From Ptychomitrium polyphyllum (Eukaryota): a DNA stretch of 64,000 bases. This document shows, in pieces, positions 51,501 through 64,000 of the stretch. The stretch is from NCBI GenBank assembly GCA_973851085.1, contig OZ316775.1:16616001-16680000 (forward strand). The letters run 5' to 3'. Positions within the stretch are counted from its first letter, which is position 1. The number at the start of each line of letters is the position of its first letter. Below the pieces are notes generated by a model that made no database searches, was not told the DNA's origin, and saw only the letters and a list, made by a program, of their open reading frames with translations. A program made the position numbers and the translations under genes.

Positions 51501-54500
51501 CAACAATTGGAGGAGGCCAAAATTAATACGTAATGTCCAATGTTTTTTTGAATTTGTAAACTTCTATAAGATCTTTATTAAAGACTATTCTTGAATAGCT
51601 GCACCACTCATGTAACTAACATGCAAGGAAAAGCTTGAGTAGGAATCTGATGCTGATGATGCATTCCAAAGTTTGAAGCGAGCTTTTACTACAACTCCTA
51701 TCCTAATCCATTTAGACTTTTCAAAGCAATTTTATCTTGAGACAGATGCTTTTGACTTTGTACAAAGAGCAGTTTTGTCACAAATGGGAAGAAAGGAGAG
51801 AGCCCATGTGATTGCATTCCATTCTAGAAAAATTTCAGCTGCAGAAATCAACTACTAGATTTATGACAAGGAACTCTTTGCAATTGTGGATTCCTTCCAA
51901 GAATGGCGTCACTTGCTCGAGAGTGCCGTGCATCCAGTGATTGTATATATAGATTATAAAAACCTAGAATATTTCATGTCAACCTGTGTTTTGAATCGCC
52001 GCCATGTTCGTTGGAGTATGTCTCTATTTCAATTTTATTTGTGTATCACATATCAACTCGGAAAACAACAAAGGTTATCAGATGCTTTGTCAAGGCAATC
52101 ATACTTTGCGCCAAAGGAAGGAGAGGCAGCACACTATTAACAACAAGCAACTTTGTTGAAACCCAAACGATTTTGTATACGCATAGCCACCATTTCAACT
52201 CCGGTGGATTCATGGTACTTTGATCAGGTGCGTGCGGCATCTACTAAAGACCCTCTTATTCTTAATATCAAGCATCGTTCCAACAATCTCTCTAAAAATG
52301 TGACTAGATTCAAATTAGAAGACAACCTTGTCTACTTTGAAGAATGTTTATATATTCTTGGAGGACCAGTCTGCCTTTGTGTACTTCAAACACGTCATGA
52401 CTTTTTTGCGGCTAGACATTTTGGATTCAATAAAACCTTGGAATTCTTCCGTTGAGACTTTTGATGCCCTCAAATGTGGAAGGCCATTAAGGATTTTGTA
52501 CTCTTGTGTGATAGTTGTTCTTAGTTGAAAAATCCTCAACACCGTCCATATAGACTTCTCCAACCACTGCCTATTCCAAGGCAACCATGGTCGTTTGTTT
52601 CAATGGATTTCATTACAAATCTTCCACTGTCACATTCTTTTGATACCATCTTTATTGTGATAGGTTGGTTGACTAAGATGGCACATTTTGTACCTTGCAG
52701 GATGACAATCACAAGTGAAGAGATTACCACACTTTTCATGGATAATATCTACTGCTACTATGGATTATCCGAAAATATTATACCGGATTGTGGGCCATAG
52801 TTTGTATCAAGATTTTGGAAGTTTCTTTTTGAAATCCTTGAGGTAGACATCAAACTCTCTTCTGCCTTCCATCCTCAGACCGATGGCCAAATAGAGCCAT
52901 ATTACTAGATGTCAACTAGATCTTGGAGCAATATTTGAGGTGTACCATCAACTACCAATAAGATGATTAGATTTCCTACTTGACATTGGCTAAGTTTGCC
53001 TACAATAACGCCACTCACGCTTCCACCCAACAAACGCTATTTTACTCCAACTATAGACATCATCCAAGGATGGATGTATTACAACCTTCACAATTTGAGA
53101 ATCTTGTAGCAGAGGAATTTGCTACAAAGATGGCAGAGCTTCAAACAACCATGAAGATTCAATTAAAAGAAGCTTGGGAATAATACAAAATGGCAGCAAA
53201 TGTAACAAAGGAGGAACAACCTACATTCCAAATTGGTGAGAAGGTGTGACTCCTTCAACGCATTATAAAGATGAGTAGGCCATGTGACAAACTAGACTAT
53301 TGCAAATTGGGACCATTTGCAATTAAAAACAAGTCAATCATGTGGTATATTATTTGAATTTACAAACATCAATGAAGGTACATCCCGTCTTCCACATTTC
53401 ACTTTTGGAAATTTATAAGGAATCAAGTATCCTTGGATGAAGGCAGTTGCGACCACTTGTGGTCAAAATTGACAATCATCATGAATTTGAAGTGAAAGAA
53501 GTGCTTGATTCATGGATAAGACGTAGAAAGTTAGAATACTTGGTACATTGGTACGGATATGACATCAGTGAACGTACATGGGAGCCAGCTAATAATCTTG
53601 CCAATTCACTAATAAAAGTTTGTGAGTTCCATTGACAACATCCATCTAAACCAAAAGTAGCAACACAAAGAACACTAGCTTAGTAAGGTTGCATAACCTT
53701 GAAGGATCTTAATACTTGAATCTTTTAAGGAGAGAAATCAATTCCTAAATCATAAGTTTTCAAAGCCCCAAACATGATTTAGAAATTAGTCGTTTGTATT
53801 TTAAAGTTTGTCATAGTTTTTTTAGAATAACTCGATATATTAGATATGGACAATCAAGATGCAGATACCATGCCACTGGTGTCAATCCAACCAAGTGGCT
53901 CTTGTCAACGACCTTGTGATGAAGAACAAATTGGGCCAAGAAAACGTTGGAGGATACCTAACAATAGATTGTTGGTGATTGTCTTTAAAGTGGAGCTAAC
54001 TTATGAAGGTTATTTAAAAGCTATGTTTGAAGGACACTTTCACAACAAAGATATGGAAGTTCATGCTTGGTTCTAAATAGAAGGCATTGGACATTGTCGA
54101 TGGTCACAAGGACTTATGAACCATTTGAATTGTGAAAGGCAGTATGTTGCAGATACCATGCGACAAATTTTTAACTTCTTACGACTCTAAGCACTTGTTG
54201 CAACATGCTCTTTAGAAACCTTGGAGCTAGAAGGGAAGGTGATGTTACGGACATACAATTTAGAAGCATTTAGAAAGGTTCTTAGAAAACTTAAGAAGCT
54301 TCCAAGAAAGTTACTTTAGCTTAGGAAATTTCTAAAGAAGTTATCTTGGCTTAAGAAGCTTTCAAAGAAGCAACTTAAGGTTGCTTGAGTATAAAGCAAT
54401 GATGTAGAAGCTTCCCAAGAGGCTTCCAAGGCTTGTAGTTCTAATATATATAGGAGTCGAGGCTAATGGGATCTTCAGTTTAAACAATGCATTTCTTTTG

Positions 54501-54632
54501 GTCTAGTTCAGACTTTCTCACCTTGTCTTTTGTAGTTTGTTGTAACTCTTTACCTCTAATATACCTTGGACATATCTTGTTCCACATCATGGAATTCTAA
54601 AGCCGTGTCTTATAATTACTCTGTCTTTAATA
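48522..54632 (+). mobile_element. Full-length, heavily decayed chromodomain Gypsy retrotransposon (family B); 5' LTR 48522-48882, 3' LTR 54243-54632
   Basis: gag (CLYCGKFGHKVDNC), protease (RDSG), RT (YLDDILI), RNase H, integrase, chromodomain (EFEVKEVLD..YLVHWYGY..TWEP). PPT AGAAGGGAAGGTGA precedes the 3' LTR. LTRs are strongly diverged and the TSD is not clear. Confidence 0.93.
53846..54190 (+). pseudogene. Extra ORF of the family B element (about 114 codons, one internal TAA at 54074-54076)
   Basis: Reading through the TAA gives ...RWSQGLMNHLNCERQYVADTMRQIFNFLRL*, similar to the family A extra ORF. Confidence 0.55.
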
Positions 54633-55104
54633 ATAATTGTTCAATGCAAGTATCAAGGCTTGTATGGACTAAAGTTGGTCATGTTTAAGGAAAATAGAAG
54701 GCAGCAAGGCTTCAATTAAAAACCGTAATTGTTAAATTCCTATTTCTTTTCTTTTATTCATTATCTTCTCTTTTTTGGAATCTTTCATGTTTAATTTGTT
54801 GTTTCCATCCTTAACAAAGTAATAAGAACTGAATTTAAACATGGATTCTACCAGTATAAACATGTATTATCATTTCTATTGATCATTCTTTATATATATA
54901 TATATAAAGTTATTTTATTTCTTAGAAATTGTTGTGTAGTATCGTAAGATGTTATTCATAAAGATACATGTATATTTTACATATATTTTTGTATAATACT
55001 TTTTATATTTTAAATAATGAGTTAATATTTGAATAAGATTTAGAATCCAAGATTTAATGAACATATATTGATATTGTAAAACTTTGAAAAGTGAAGCTTA
55101 AGGC

Positions 55105-55501
55105 ATGAATCAAAAACATTCTTACAGAATTGAAAGAGATAAATGAACAATTTCTATATGCTTTTAAAGAGGATTTAAATAGATTTGAATAACTAATCAA
55201 ATCAAATTAGATTATATTCTAATATTACCACCTCCTTGAGGAACAAGCTTACAAGTAGCAATTTGCTTCAAAAGAGGTGCTCTAAATTATACAGAAGAAA
55301 AATAATGGAAAGAAGAAAAGTAAAAGTTGATAAACAAAAGAAGTGACTTTGTGATAAAAGATTTTGGAAGGTGTAGTGATTCTATTTGTAAAGTGTTGAT
55401 CCAGCAGAAATAATTCACACTAAATCTCAAACGTGGTGATCATTCACTGTTCTAGATCTGCACTTTGGAAAGAATGAATCAAAAACATTCTTACAGAATT
55501 G
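55105..55501. repeat. 28-bp exact direct repeat (55105-55132 and 55474-55501)
   Basis: ATGAATCAAAAACATTCTTACAGAATTG at both positions. Confidence 0.85.
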
Positions 55502-56248
55502 GGTGCTTCACAAGTTCACTAGCCCCTCCCTCACATTCTTGACTCAAGCCACCCGGAATTCTTATTCATTTTCAGAAACAATGTTGCAAGCTGCAAGTTA
55601 TGCCCAATCATAGGTCTGGACATGCAAGTTGCAAATCATTTCCAATTGTGTCTGGACATTTCAACATGTGCGAAAGCGCTGCCATATCTAATAGGCATAA
55701 CACATACAATATGATACAAATGGGTCTACAGGCATTCACAACACCAATGCAACGATGATGAGGAAATAATGGCACAAATGCAAAACATAATTGACTTTAC
55801 ACACTCAGTCTTAAAAGCAAAAACATTATCTACAACCGACTGACATAGTCTCTTCCAACAGCACTAAGAGGATGCTTCTTTTCTGCAAACAGGTCTTAGA
55901 GGCTCGATCAGCTTGTAAGCTACTATACACAAACAAGTTTGAGCAGGATGGAGCAAAGGAGTGCTTCACTTTTCAGGGAGAAGCAGCAAAAACAAACCAT
56001 GGTTCTGTGTCAACCCCGTCCAATGGAATATGTCCAGTAAATGGCTACAAACATCCGCACTCAAGTGTGTCCCTATCGAATTCCAATCCGACCAGATTTG
56101 CCTACAGCCTTGCATTGTGAACTCAGCTTTTGGTATTCGTATTTCCTTGAAGATCATTACAAAATAGCCATGAAAAAGTCAGGCATGTGGGATTGAACAA
56201 TCAATTGGAAATAACTAAAGAGCATTCTGTTTCTTGATGCAGAGTACC

Positions 56249-59200
56249 TTACTTTGAGCGACTGTCAACAATCGCTCTGAGACATTCTGCTCTCAGAGGC
56301 GTGTCTGAAAAGATAGCCTCAATCAAATGTTGTACCTGCACACAGGAAGATATGACATTCTGTGACTGTGTACTTCAAAGCAGGTGAACTGCTTGTTCTC
56401 AAATTACAGAACTCGGCTAATCTCGATAAACTCGAGACCTAGAAAACTCTGCTCTAGAAATGACTGAGTCAGCTCGACGAGGACAAAAGGTAGTCTTCTC
56501 GTCACTGTGCTTACAGAGTCCTCACAAACAAAACACAGAACAATAGCTCAAAGGGAGTTGTGTTTCAATAATTGTATGGTAACATCAACATTCGAGGCCT
56601 GCACTCTCTGCCGAGTGTATGAGGTGATCCACCGATCTATTCCCACACTGTGCGCTTCCTCAATAATGTCTCAATTTCCCCACGACTAAAAGGTACTAGT
56701 GTAGGTTACAAATTTTGCGGGACCATACCTCTGCAGCCGAGAATCCACATGAAGGCAAATCTCCACTTTCCCATGACTGTGTGATCGGCCTCAACGACAT
56801 ATCCAGCAGATCTGCAAGCGTTTGCTCTCAGCTCCGTTAGATACTAGTATAACCTAACTATAGAAACGAATAACCTTGCTCTCAATTCTCGCCAAGGGTT
56901 CACTGACATTATCTCGAGCTCATCCGCGAGTTCCACGATTTCGGAGGACCAGGTAGGCAGATAATTAAGGAAGCCAACAAATGAAAACCAAAACCAATAA
57001 CAGCAGTCAATAAAGAAATGAAAGCGGTCCGTATCCTGGGATGCAACATAATATAATGAGGTGCTCTAGAGCCTTGCCTGTCAACCGCAGAAGTTTACAC
57101 CACAACAATACGCTCGCAGGATCACCAACAGCGTCATCCATCTCTTCACTAGGCGGACCGAACAATGTCCTCATGCTGGTAATCGCAGCCAACATCAGTT
57201 CCCGTAGCTGCATACACGAGGGTCTTCGTGACAAAATTGTTTGACAATATTACAGCTTGACAGCCAGCAGATTCGTAACAGAAGAAAGCTTCACAGAACA
57301 TGATGAGCCTGACCTTCATCATGAATGTTTCAAGTCAACTGAAGGCAACATACGCTTATCTCGACTTCAAACTATCGCGTTCTGCTTACACCGCTGAAAA
57401 GCTCCAGGCCCTTAACGAAATCATGCTTAAAAGCAGCAATCTAAGGTCCAAGTAATAGCTGGAAATTAAATCGTCCACGATTGGTACAGAACATTACCTT
57501 TACACCTTCTTCAACAGAAATGTCCTGAAATGCAAGTACTTCATTTATAAGGCGAGTGACCACGGCGTTCACAAGCTTGCCAAATGCTAGTTCATAAACA
57601 CTTGCGGCAAGAACAGATTGCCATGCCGTCCGAACAGACTCCAATATAATCACTGCCTGAGGAAATCACAAATTCTAGGTTATTCTCTCAGTCAGAAACG
57701 TTCAGAGCCAAAGAACGAGCTCTCTTTCAACTTCTCTTTTATAAACCGCGCTTGATAACAAGCATCACAGCTCGACTACTCATCTAAAGAGATCATGTTA
57801 GAAGCACCATACACTGCCGCCCTACCCTTCCATGACAAACAAACCAAGCAAACAGAAAGCTCCTCCAAAAATGCTGCTGGCTTTATACTAGTGACTCACG
57901 TGTAATGCATCTCCACACAAAATACATATAAAAGGACACAACCGAAAATGAGGAAGGGTTGCAGACCTTTCCAATTGCATTGCTGCATGTTTCGTGATTT
58001 TTCCTCTGTTCAAGATACTGGAAGCCGTTTGCCTGGTCCAAAACCTACAAGATATTGTCACTTCCATGAGTGATCATTTCTTTCAGCAAAGACGAAACGA
58101 GAACTCCATGGAACACAAAAGAAGCAAAATCCACAAAAGGTAATTGACAAGAGGAACATTACTGATGAAGTGCGACAAAAAGTTCACATAAGAGGAAGAC
58201 TGTAAAATGACAGGTAATCGGACATTAAAGTCTTACCTCCATGAGTTCCACAGTAATGAGCTGCATTTGCTTCTCGAGAATTTGACAACCCAACCGTCGA
58301 AACAAAGGAGCAAAATCCACGAACGACATAATTTTCTGGACATTAGGAGGTAGAGCTGGATAATACTGTATCACGCAACACCATATCAGCGAACCTTGGG
58401 CACCATTGACAGTGTAAGCCCTCTAATTGCACGACTTCTGATACACTAATTTTTTGGTCGAAACTCTGATAGAAAATCTAAACGTCCACACTTTTCAAGG
58501 ATTCAAGGATTCAAGGAATGCAAATATTAAAGCTAAGGGCCGAAATATCAACACCAACATCGATATCTGATTGTTGGCAGGACAAGAGTTCAGACCTGAA
58601 AGTAAAGAAAGAGGACGTGATGTGCAATGTAAAAACAATCATTGTGACATAAGACAGCAACTTTGTGTATACTATTCAACTGCTCCATCACCTGCGCAAA
58701 GAGGAAATACTACATTTGATAAGCATAAGGAAATTAACGGGAGTGCAGAATCCAAAGAACAACGTCGGACATTCCAGAAGGCCTCCGTACCCTGAAACCT
58801 AAGATTGAGATTAAGATTGCGATCAAAAGGACCTTAGATAGAGAAAATGTCCAGAGGCAAGTCTCACCGATTATGATGACTGACCTTTACAGGAACAATA
58901 GCATGGTATAATAATAAGGCATCCCGAGCGCCGAGGTAGAGTTCCATTGCTATGATGGGACTACACTCACAAGCATCCTGCAGCCACATTACCAACACTT
59001 AGTTGTGTTGAAAATTGCACCTCACAAAATTGGAACCACAGATGGGAGTGCTGGAAGGTGTACTCCCAACCAAAGCACCCGCTTGAAATCAACGACACTC
59101 TCAATAGAAAGACACATATGAGCACCATGCAGAAGCTTAACCTGCAGTGTTCCATCGACTATCTCCAGGAGCTGCTTCGCCGTCAAGGTAATGGAACATG

Positions 59201-62014
59201 CCTCCGTCTGCAGCAATGATACGTTGTCTCTGGCATCCACGCCCTGCAAAGTCTCCTCTTGATTGATCTGAGATCAGAGCATTCAATAATTATACGAACA
59301 TGACTCAAGCAACATGAGTACAAATTTCTGAAGCTACCAAGTCACGTTGATCAACATATCCAGCATCAGGCACGTAACGATGAAACCCCAGCAGACAAGA
59401 CACACTCCGCAAGTGCGAAAATTAGTCCCTGCCCACGTAGTCAAAATAGAAGTAACGAAACTCTTCAAAGAACCACTCAATTTCAACATTTATATCAACT
59501 CAACAAGATAAACTCAATTAGATCAACTTTTAGAGAGGTCTATGAAATGCACCCTCTCGGTGTGTTAAAAGCATTTAAGATTGCTCAGGATCTTCTATCA
59601 CTTGAAGTCGGAAGAAAATACGTACCACGTGAGATTTGTAATCAGATTTTGTGAGCAAGCCACGTGCTTTGGCCATGACAGACTTCCTTTTCTTAACAGC
59701 AAAATGAAGTTCTACATCCAGTGAAAAGCTGCGAAGTCTATCTCCACGGATTTCATCCCAGTCTGGGATCAGGCCAGATCTCCCCAAGGATGTCTCGAAC
59801 TCAGCAGTTGCCTGTGCTAACTCCCGAAAGCTAGCAAGTTCTGAAATCTCAGCGGGGACAGCCTAAAGAAGCAGCAATTGCAAATGGTGTTAGGTGGTCC
59901 CACAATATTGCTGTCAGAATCTCGTGTTTCTGACTGGTAGACTAGAACGCTGAAACAGCAACGACAGAATCCAAACACGGATCATGGTAAAGGTATAGGA
60001 AGTATCCGCAATTCTAGGTTAGCAGGACCTTCATATATCTATACGGGAAAAATCTAATTACAATAGGCGCTTGAAAATTTGACAAAAGAAACAGTGAGAT
60101 CCGAAAGTAAAGTAAAGTCCTTAAACCACAAGGAAGCGAAATTTCCAATCCAAAATCCGTGAACAGCCGGTGAACCAACTGCAGGGAACTGAACATTGAA
60201 AGTACCTTGCGGAGGCAGTTTGCAGTAATAGACTCTGTCAACTGAGGCCAAATCACACGACCGAGAAGCGCCATCCATGCATTATTGTCAACCAACAACT
60301 TGGCGCGAAGAAATTTGAACACTTCTAGAAGCTTCACAAACATCTCCACGTGTACCACCAAATCTGTCTGGAAAGATTTTACTCATAAATAAACCATACT
60401 CGTACTTGATATTGAATGTGTCACTAACAAGGAGGACACTTCAGATCTCTCCTAGTGCAGCAAGAGAGACCTTGTCGACCAGAATAAAGAGATCGAAGGA
60501 AGGCATCAAATAAACTAATGCTGCATACTTAGAGATACAGACATGAACAGCATTGGAAAAATCACCTTACTCGTACTTGACATCCAGCTGATAACCGCAC
60601 TCCCTTGTTGATCCAATTCCTTGAAATCCACTGCAAACGCAGGGTCTCGAACGATGGGGTCTATTATCTGCTTGAAGAGTGAGTCTGCTGTTTTAGCAAG
60701 CCTTGTGCCTAAGATTCCAGTTTTCTGTTTACAAGAAATTCAAGTTTCAGTACGGAGCGTCACATTTGGTGTAGCAAAGTAAAACGTCATTAGTAGCAAA
60801 GAAGAAAGACAGCAGAAAGTTCTTTTCTACAAATGAAGCGTCTAATAACGCGGGTCTAGTAAGATATATAAACGCAAAATAAGAGAGAAACAATCAGCAG
60901 TGCCAGGGACAAGCTAGAGACTCTCGACACACAAACCGCAAGACCACAACACTCATCCAAGTGCGAGGCAAGGAATAACGAAGAGTGCCTAGGTCAATTT
61001 CACAGTGCCCTAGAACCACCAGGAGATGTATACGAGAAGGAACAGAAAATCCTGCATACATTCATTGTAGAGAGAATAGTGCTTAATTGAACTTCATCGA
61101 TATTCACTCCAGCCTCGTTGCCACTGCAAGAAACACGGGAATAGATACACAATTCAGAGTCCCGCCGGTTCAACACAACTGCTTTGGCGAACAGCTCCTC
61201 CAGAAAATCTCCAAGCTGCACAAACACATTACAAGGAGAGTCAGGGCGAGTTCCATGTCATAGCCCTTCACACATGACATCGAGATTCACATCGTTGGCA
61301 AATTGCAGAGCCAGTGCAGTCACAACAACACCATTGAACCAACATGGAAATCATGTCCAGACGTTTCCGTGCCTTGGAATGACAAGACGCCCACTCGCTC
61401 TCCAAGAGACTGAACGCCTGCACTCCATCCCCCTTCGATTGCCTCTCTTTCTCGTCATCCCTGTCGCCAGTCCAGTCCGCAGGAAGCTCCAGCTGTTCAC
61501 GAATCTTACACAACGTGGTCCCCGCCTTCTCCAGATCCCCCTGCTGAAACTCCCTTTCCGCAGATTTCACACCCTCCACCACTCTCGCAATGAACTCCAA
61601 CGCCACGACATACTCCCGTTTCTCTTCCCGCTCTTTCCGCAACCGAGCCGCCGTGATCGCCAATCTGCAGATCTCGATGTCGAACGGGACCGCTCCCTTC
61701 TGCTCTTCCTCCTCATTGTCGAATTCGTCCTTCTCCCCGAGAGCATCAAGAATCTTGCTCACATCCTCCGCCAGCAACTCCACAGCTTCCGCAGTTCCAT
61801 TCGCAACGCTCACAAGAGCATGCAATTGCTGAGGATCATCGGTGAGAATGCTCCGGAGGCGCACTTTCAAGCCCCCCGAGGTGGAGTGCAGCTTGTCCGA
61901 CAGGATCCGCAGGTCGGACGCCGACAGAGGCGCTGACTCCACAACTCGGGATCCCAGAGATGTCGCCACAAACTCCCGCAGGTCGAAGCCTGCGAGTGGC
62001 GTCGCTTCCTTCAT
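56249..62014 (-). CDS. ZW10: Centromere/kinetochore and ER-tethering protein ZW10 homolog, multi-exon (first exons 62014-61373 and 61215-61060; last exon 56335-56249)
   Basis: N-terminal PLSASDLRILSDKL; internal LLGRVIWPQLTESITANCLRKAVP and VELHFAVKKRKSVMAKARGLL; C-terminal LDMSLRPITQSWESG..FSAAEVQHLIEAIFSDTPLRAECL. All match plant ZW10. Not every internal exon boundary was resolved. Confidence 0.92.
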
Positions 62015-62086
62015 CTCGCGCACGCTCACGCCTTCATCCTCGCCCGCTCCCCTTGCACGGCATCATCGTCGCGGAACCACGATTCG

Positions 62087-62220
62087 AAACCCTAGGAAGC
62101 GTGCCTCTGTTCCAATCTCCAAGAATGCTCTCTCTGTGGCGCACGCCCACGGCGTGATTCTGTGTGTCGCTCCTGCGCTTGTAGTGAGAACGCAATGAAA
62201 CCCTAGGCAACGTTGGGCCC
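62087..62220. promoter_or_regulatory. ZW10 upstream region with two telo-boxes (62087-62094, 62198-62205) and a site II motif TGGGCC (62214-62219)
   Basis: Exact motifs; the telo-box plus site II combination is typical of proliferation-associated plant genes. Confidence 0.6.
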
Positions 62221-64000
62221 CTCTCCTACTGCAACCTGCAATCTAGGAGCGTAACCAGAGAGAGAGAGAGAGTGAGTGAGTGAGTGTATGTGAGAAATCC
62301 GAGTGACGGCGAAAGAGCGAGCAGAGCGTAAACTCGCCATTGACGACACTCCAGCCCGGACTTCCGGTGGCGCAAGGGCGCAGCGCAGCCCCTGCAGCTG
62401 CGGTTCCCAGTAGGGATTCCGCTCCCGTGCGAGTGGACACCGCCATGTGTCGGTGAGTTTGTCCAGTGCACCTGCACATTTTTGGCAGTAGTGAGGCCGG
62501 CCTTACACCTTGCGTCGTTGCCTTTGAGGCAATTTGGAGATGAAGGAGATGAGTTGGTCCCTACCTGGCAACAATCACCAATTATTGCGAGAACGGCTTT
62601 CTGATTGCCTGTTTTTGGGATTGGGATTGCAAGAAATGGTGAGTCTTTGCCTTAAATATTCATCTTTTTAGATAACGTTCTTTTTATTTTTCTTATTTCT
62701 CATAAGAAAAGGTAGAAGGTAACTTTTAGAGGTCTAACTTGCAAGTCATTAGAATTTGTTGTAATGTCTATCTTTACATGTATCTTAATAGTATTTGTAT
62801 TTATCATTGAAGCACATACTTTAATGCTATAAAATTACATCCATTTGATTAATAAACAAATTTTGATATCAAGAACTTTGGGCCATTAATCTCATTCCAA
62901 AAATAAGAAGGTTGAGTTTATAAGTGACACTTTTAAAAATCAAACATTTGGATAATTTTTTCATTTAAGGTTTGAGTATGCTTGAAATTTTATAAAGTAT
63001 AATAAATTATATCTTATTTTGAATATATTCTTTGAATCTTTCATCCAAAAAATTTCCAAAAGAATAAGAAGATACACTTGGATGCATGAAATTATGAATT
63101 TTTTAATAATTGGACCTTTCTTGGATTAAAATGTATTATAATTGCAAATTACAATAGTTTTATAATTATACAAACTCAATAATATCATTTTTAGATGAAA
63201 TATTAAAGCCTGATTGGAAATTGAAAGCTTTGGATTGAATACTTCAAAATTCAATATTTAGTTTATAATACTTCAAATTCATAATTTTTTTGCACATAAT
63301 GCTAAATAAAATTTGATTTTTTAATAAAAGCTCTAATATCTTTTAAATCACACAAACTGTAAAATATTGTACTTTTGGATGAAATTTTATTTTTGAAACT
63401 AGTTATTCAAAAGGCATTATAAAATGAAATGGAATTTTATATACAACATCAAATCCTTGGATTATAAAAAAAAATTATAAAATTATTATTTTAAATACTA
63501 ATTACCTTGTAAAACTACAACACACATATTTATAATATCACTTGGTTTGAAAAGGAACCACTTTTTTCATAATAAATGTAAAGTTATTGTTTTGGTAAAT
63601 TTAGCAATTAGATAATTAAATCCATTAATGTCTTTTTTCTATTAATAATAATTATGAAAAAAGAAAGTAATCATTACACACATATTCAATAACCACTAAA
63701 AACAAAACAAGATGGAAAATAAAAGAAAGTAGTAAAAATGAAACTATATGATTGTAAATGGACTTTGAAGTTGTAGTAATAGAGAAGAGGATAAATTTAC
63801 ACTTGTAGTGAACAAAAATTTATTGCATGATGATTTTTGATTGAAATTTAGGTGATTATGCATACATTAAGTGGTAGCTACTAATATAATATTTTTAGTC
63901 CAAAGGTGGGAAGGCTCCTCTGTATGCAAATGTTTTCTTCAAATATTCACTACATTCACCTTTACTACATGAGTATCTCTTGTTACATATGCAATAGACA

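Noticed and set aside
61184..61936. 250-aa plus-strand ORF
   Set aside because: Antisense to GC-rich ZW10 exon 1; no recognisable domain

Overview
Eukaryotic land-plant nuclear DNA, most likely a moss such as Physcomitrium patens. The organism is inferred from gene structures, AT-rich TE wastelands and Tcn1-like chromodomain Gypsy elements. Gene islands: GOT1 (+, 6 exons, missed by the ORF track), an LDAH-like alpha/beta hydrolase (-, 12 exons), a Lys-rich conserved unknown protein (+), a calmodulin-like pseudogene, an intronless cytosolic HSP70 (-) with a 9-pentamer heat-shock-element array, an At4g14100-family secreted protein (+), two apparently identical RPL21 genes in inverted head-to-head orientation about 14.5 kb apart, and ZW10 (-). 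Between them lie two decayed full-length chromodomain Gypsy elements with different LTRs, several solo LTRs and a nest of two insertions inside one solo LTR. Main discoveries: (1) a homologous extra ORF between pol and the PPT in both Gypsy families; (2) covarying tRNA-independent (Tf1-like) self-priming signals in both families; (3) a 1513-bp inverted RPL21 duplication limited to the transcription unit, plus a 378-bp identical tract between otherwise diverged LTRs, both suggesting active gene conversion; (4) a PEG10/Sushi-like gag-pol recoding structure; (5) heat-shock elements in the LTRs and near HSP70.
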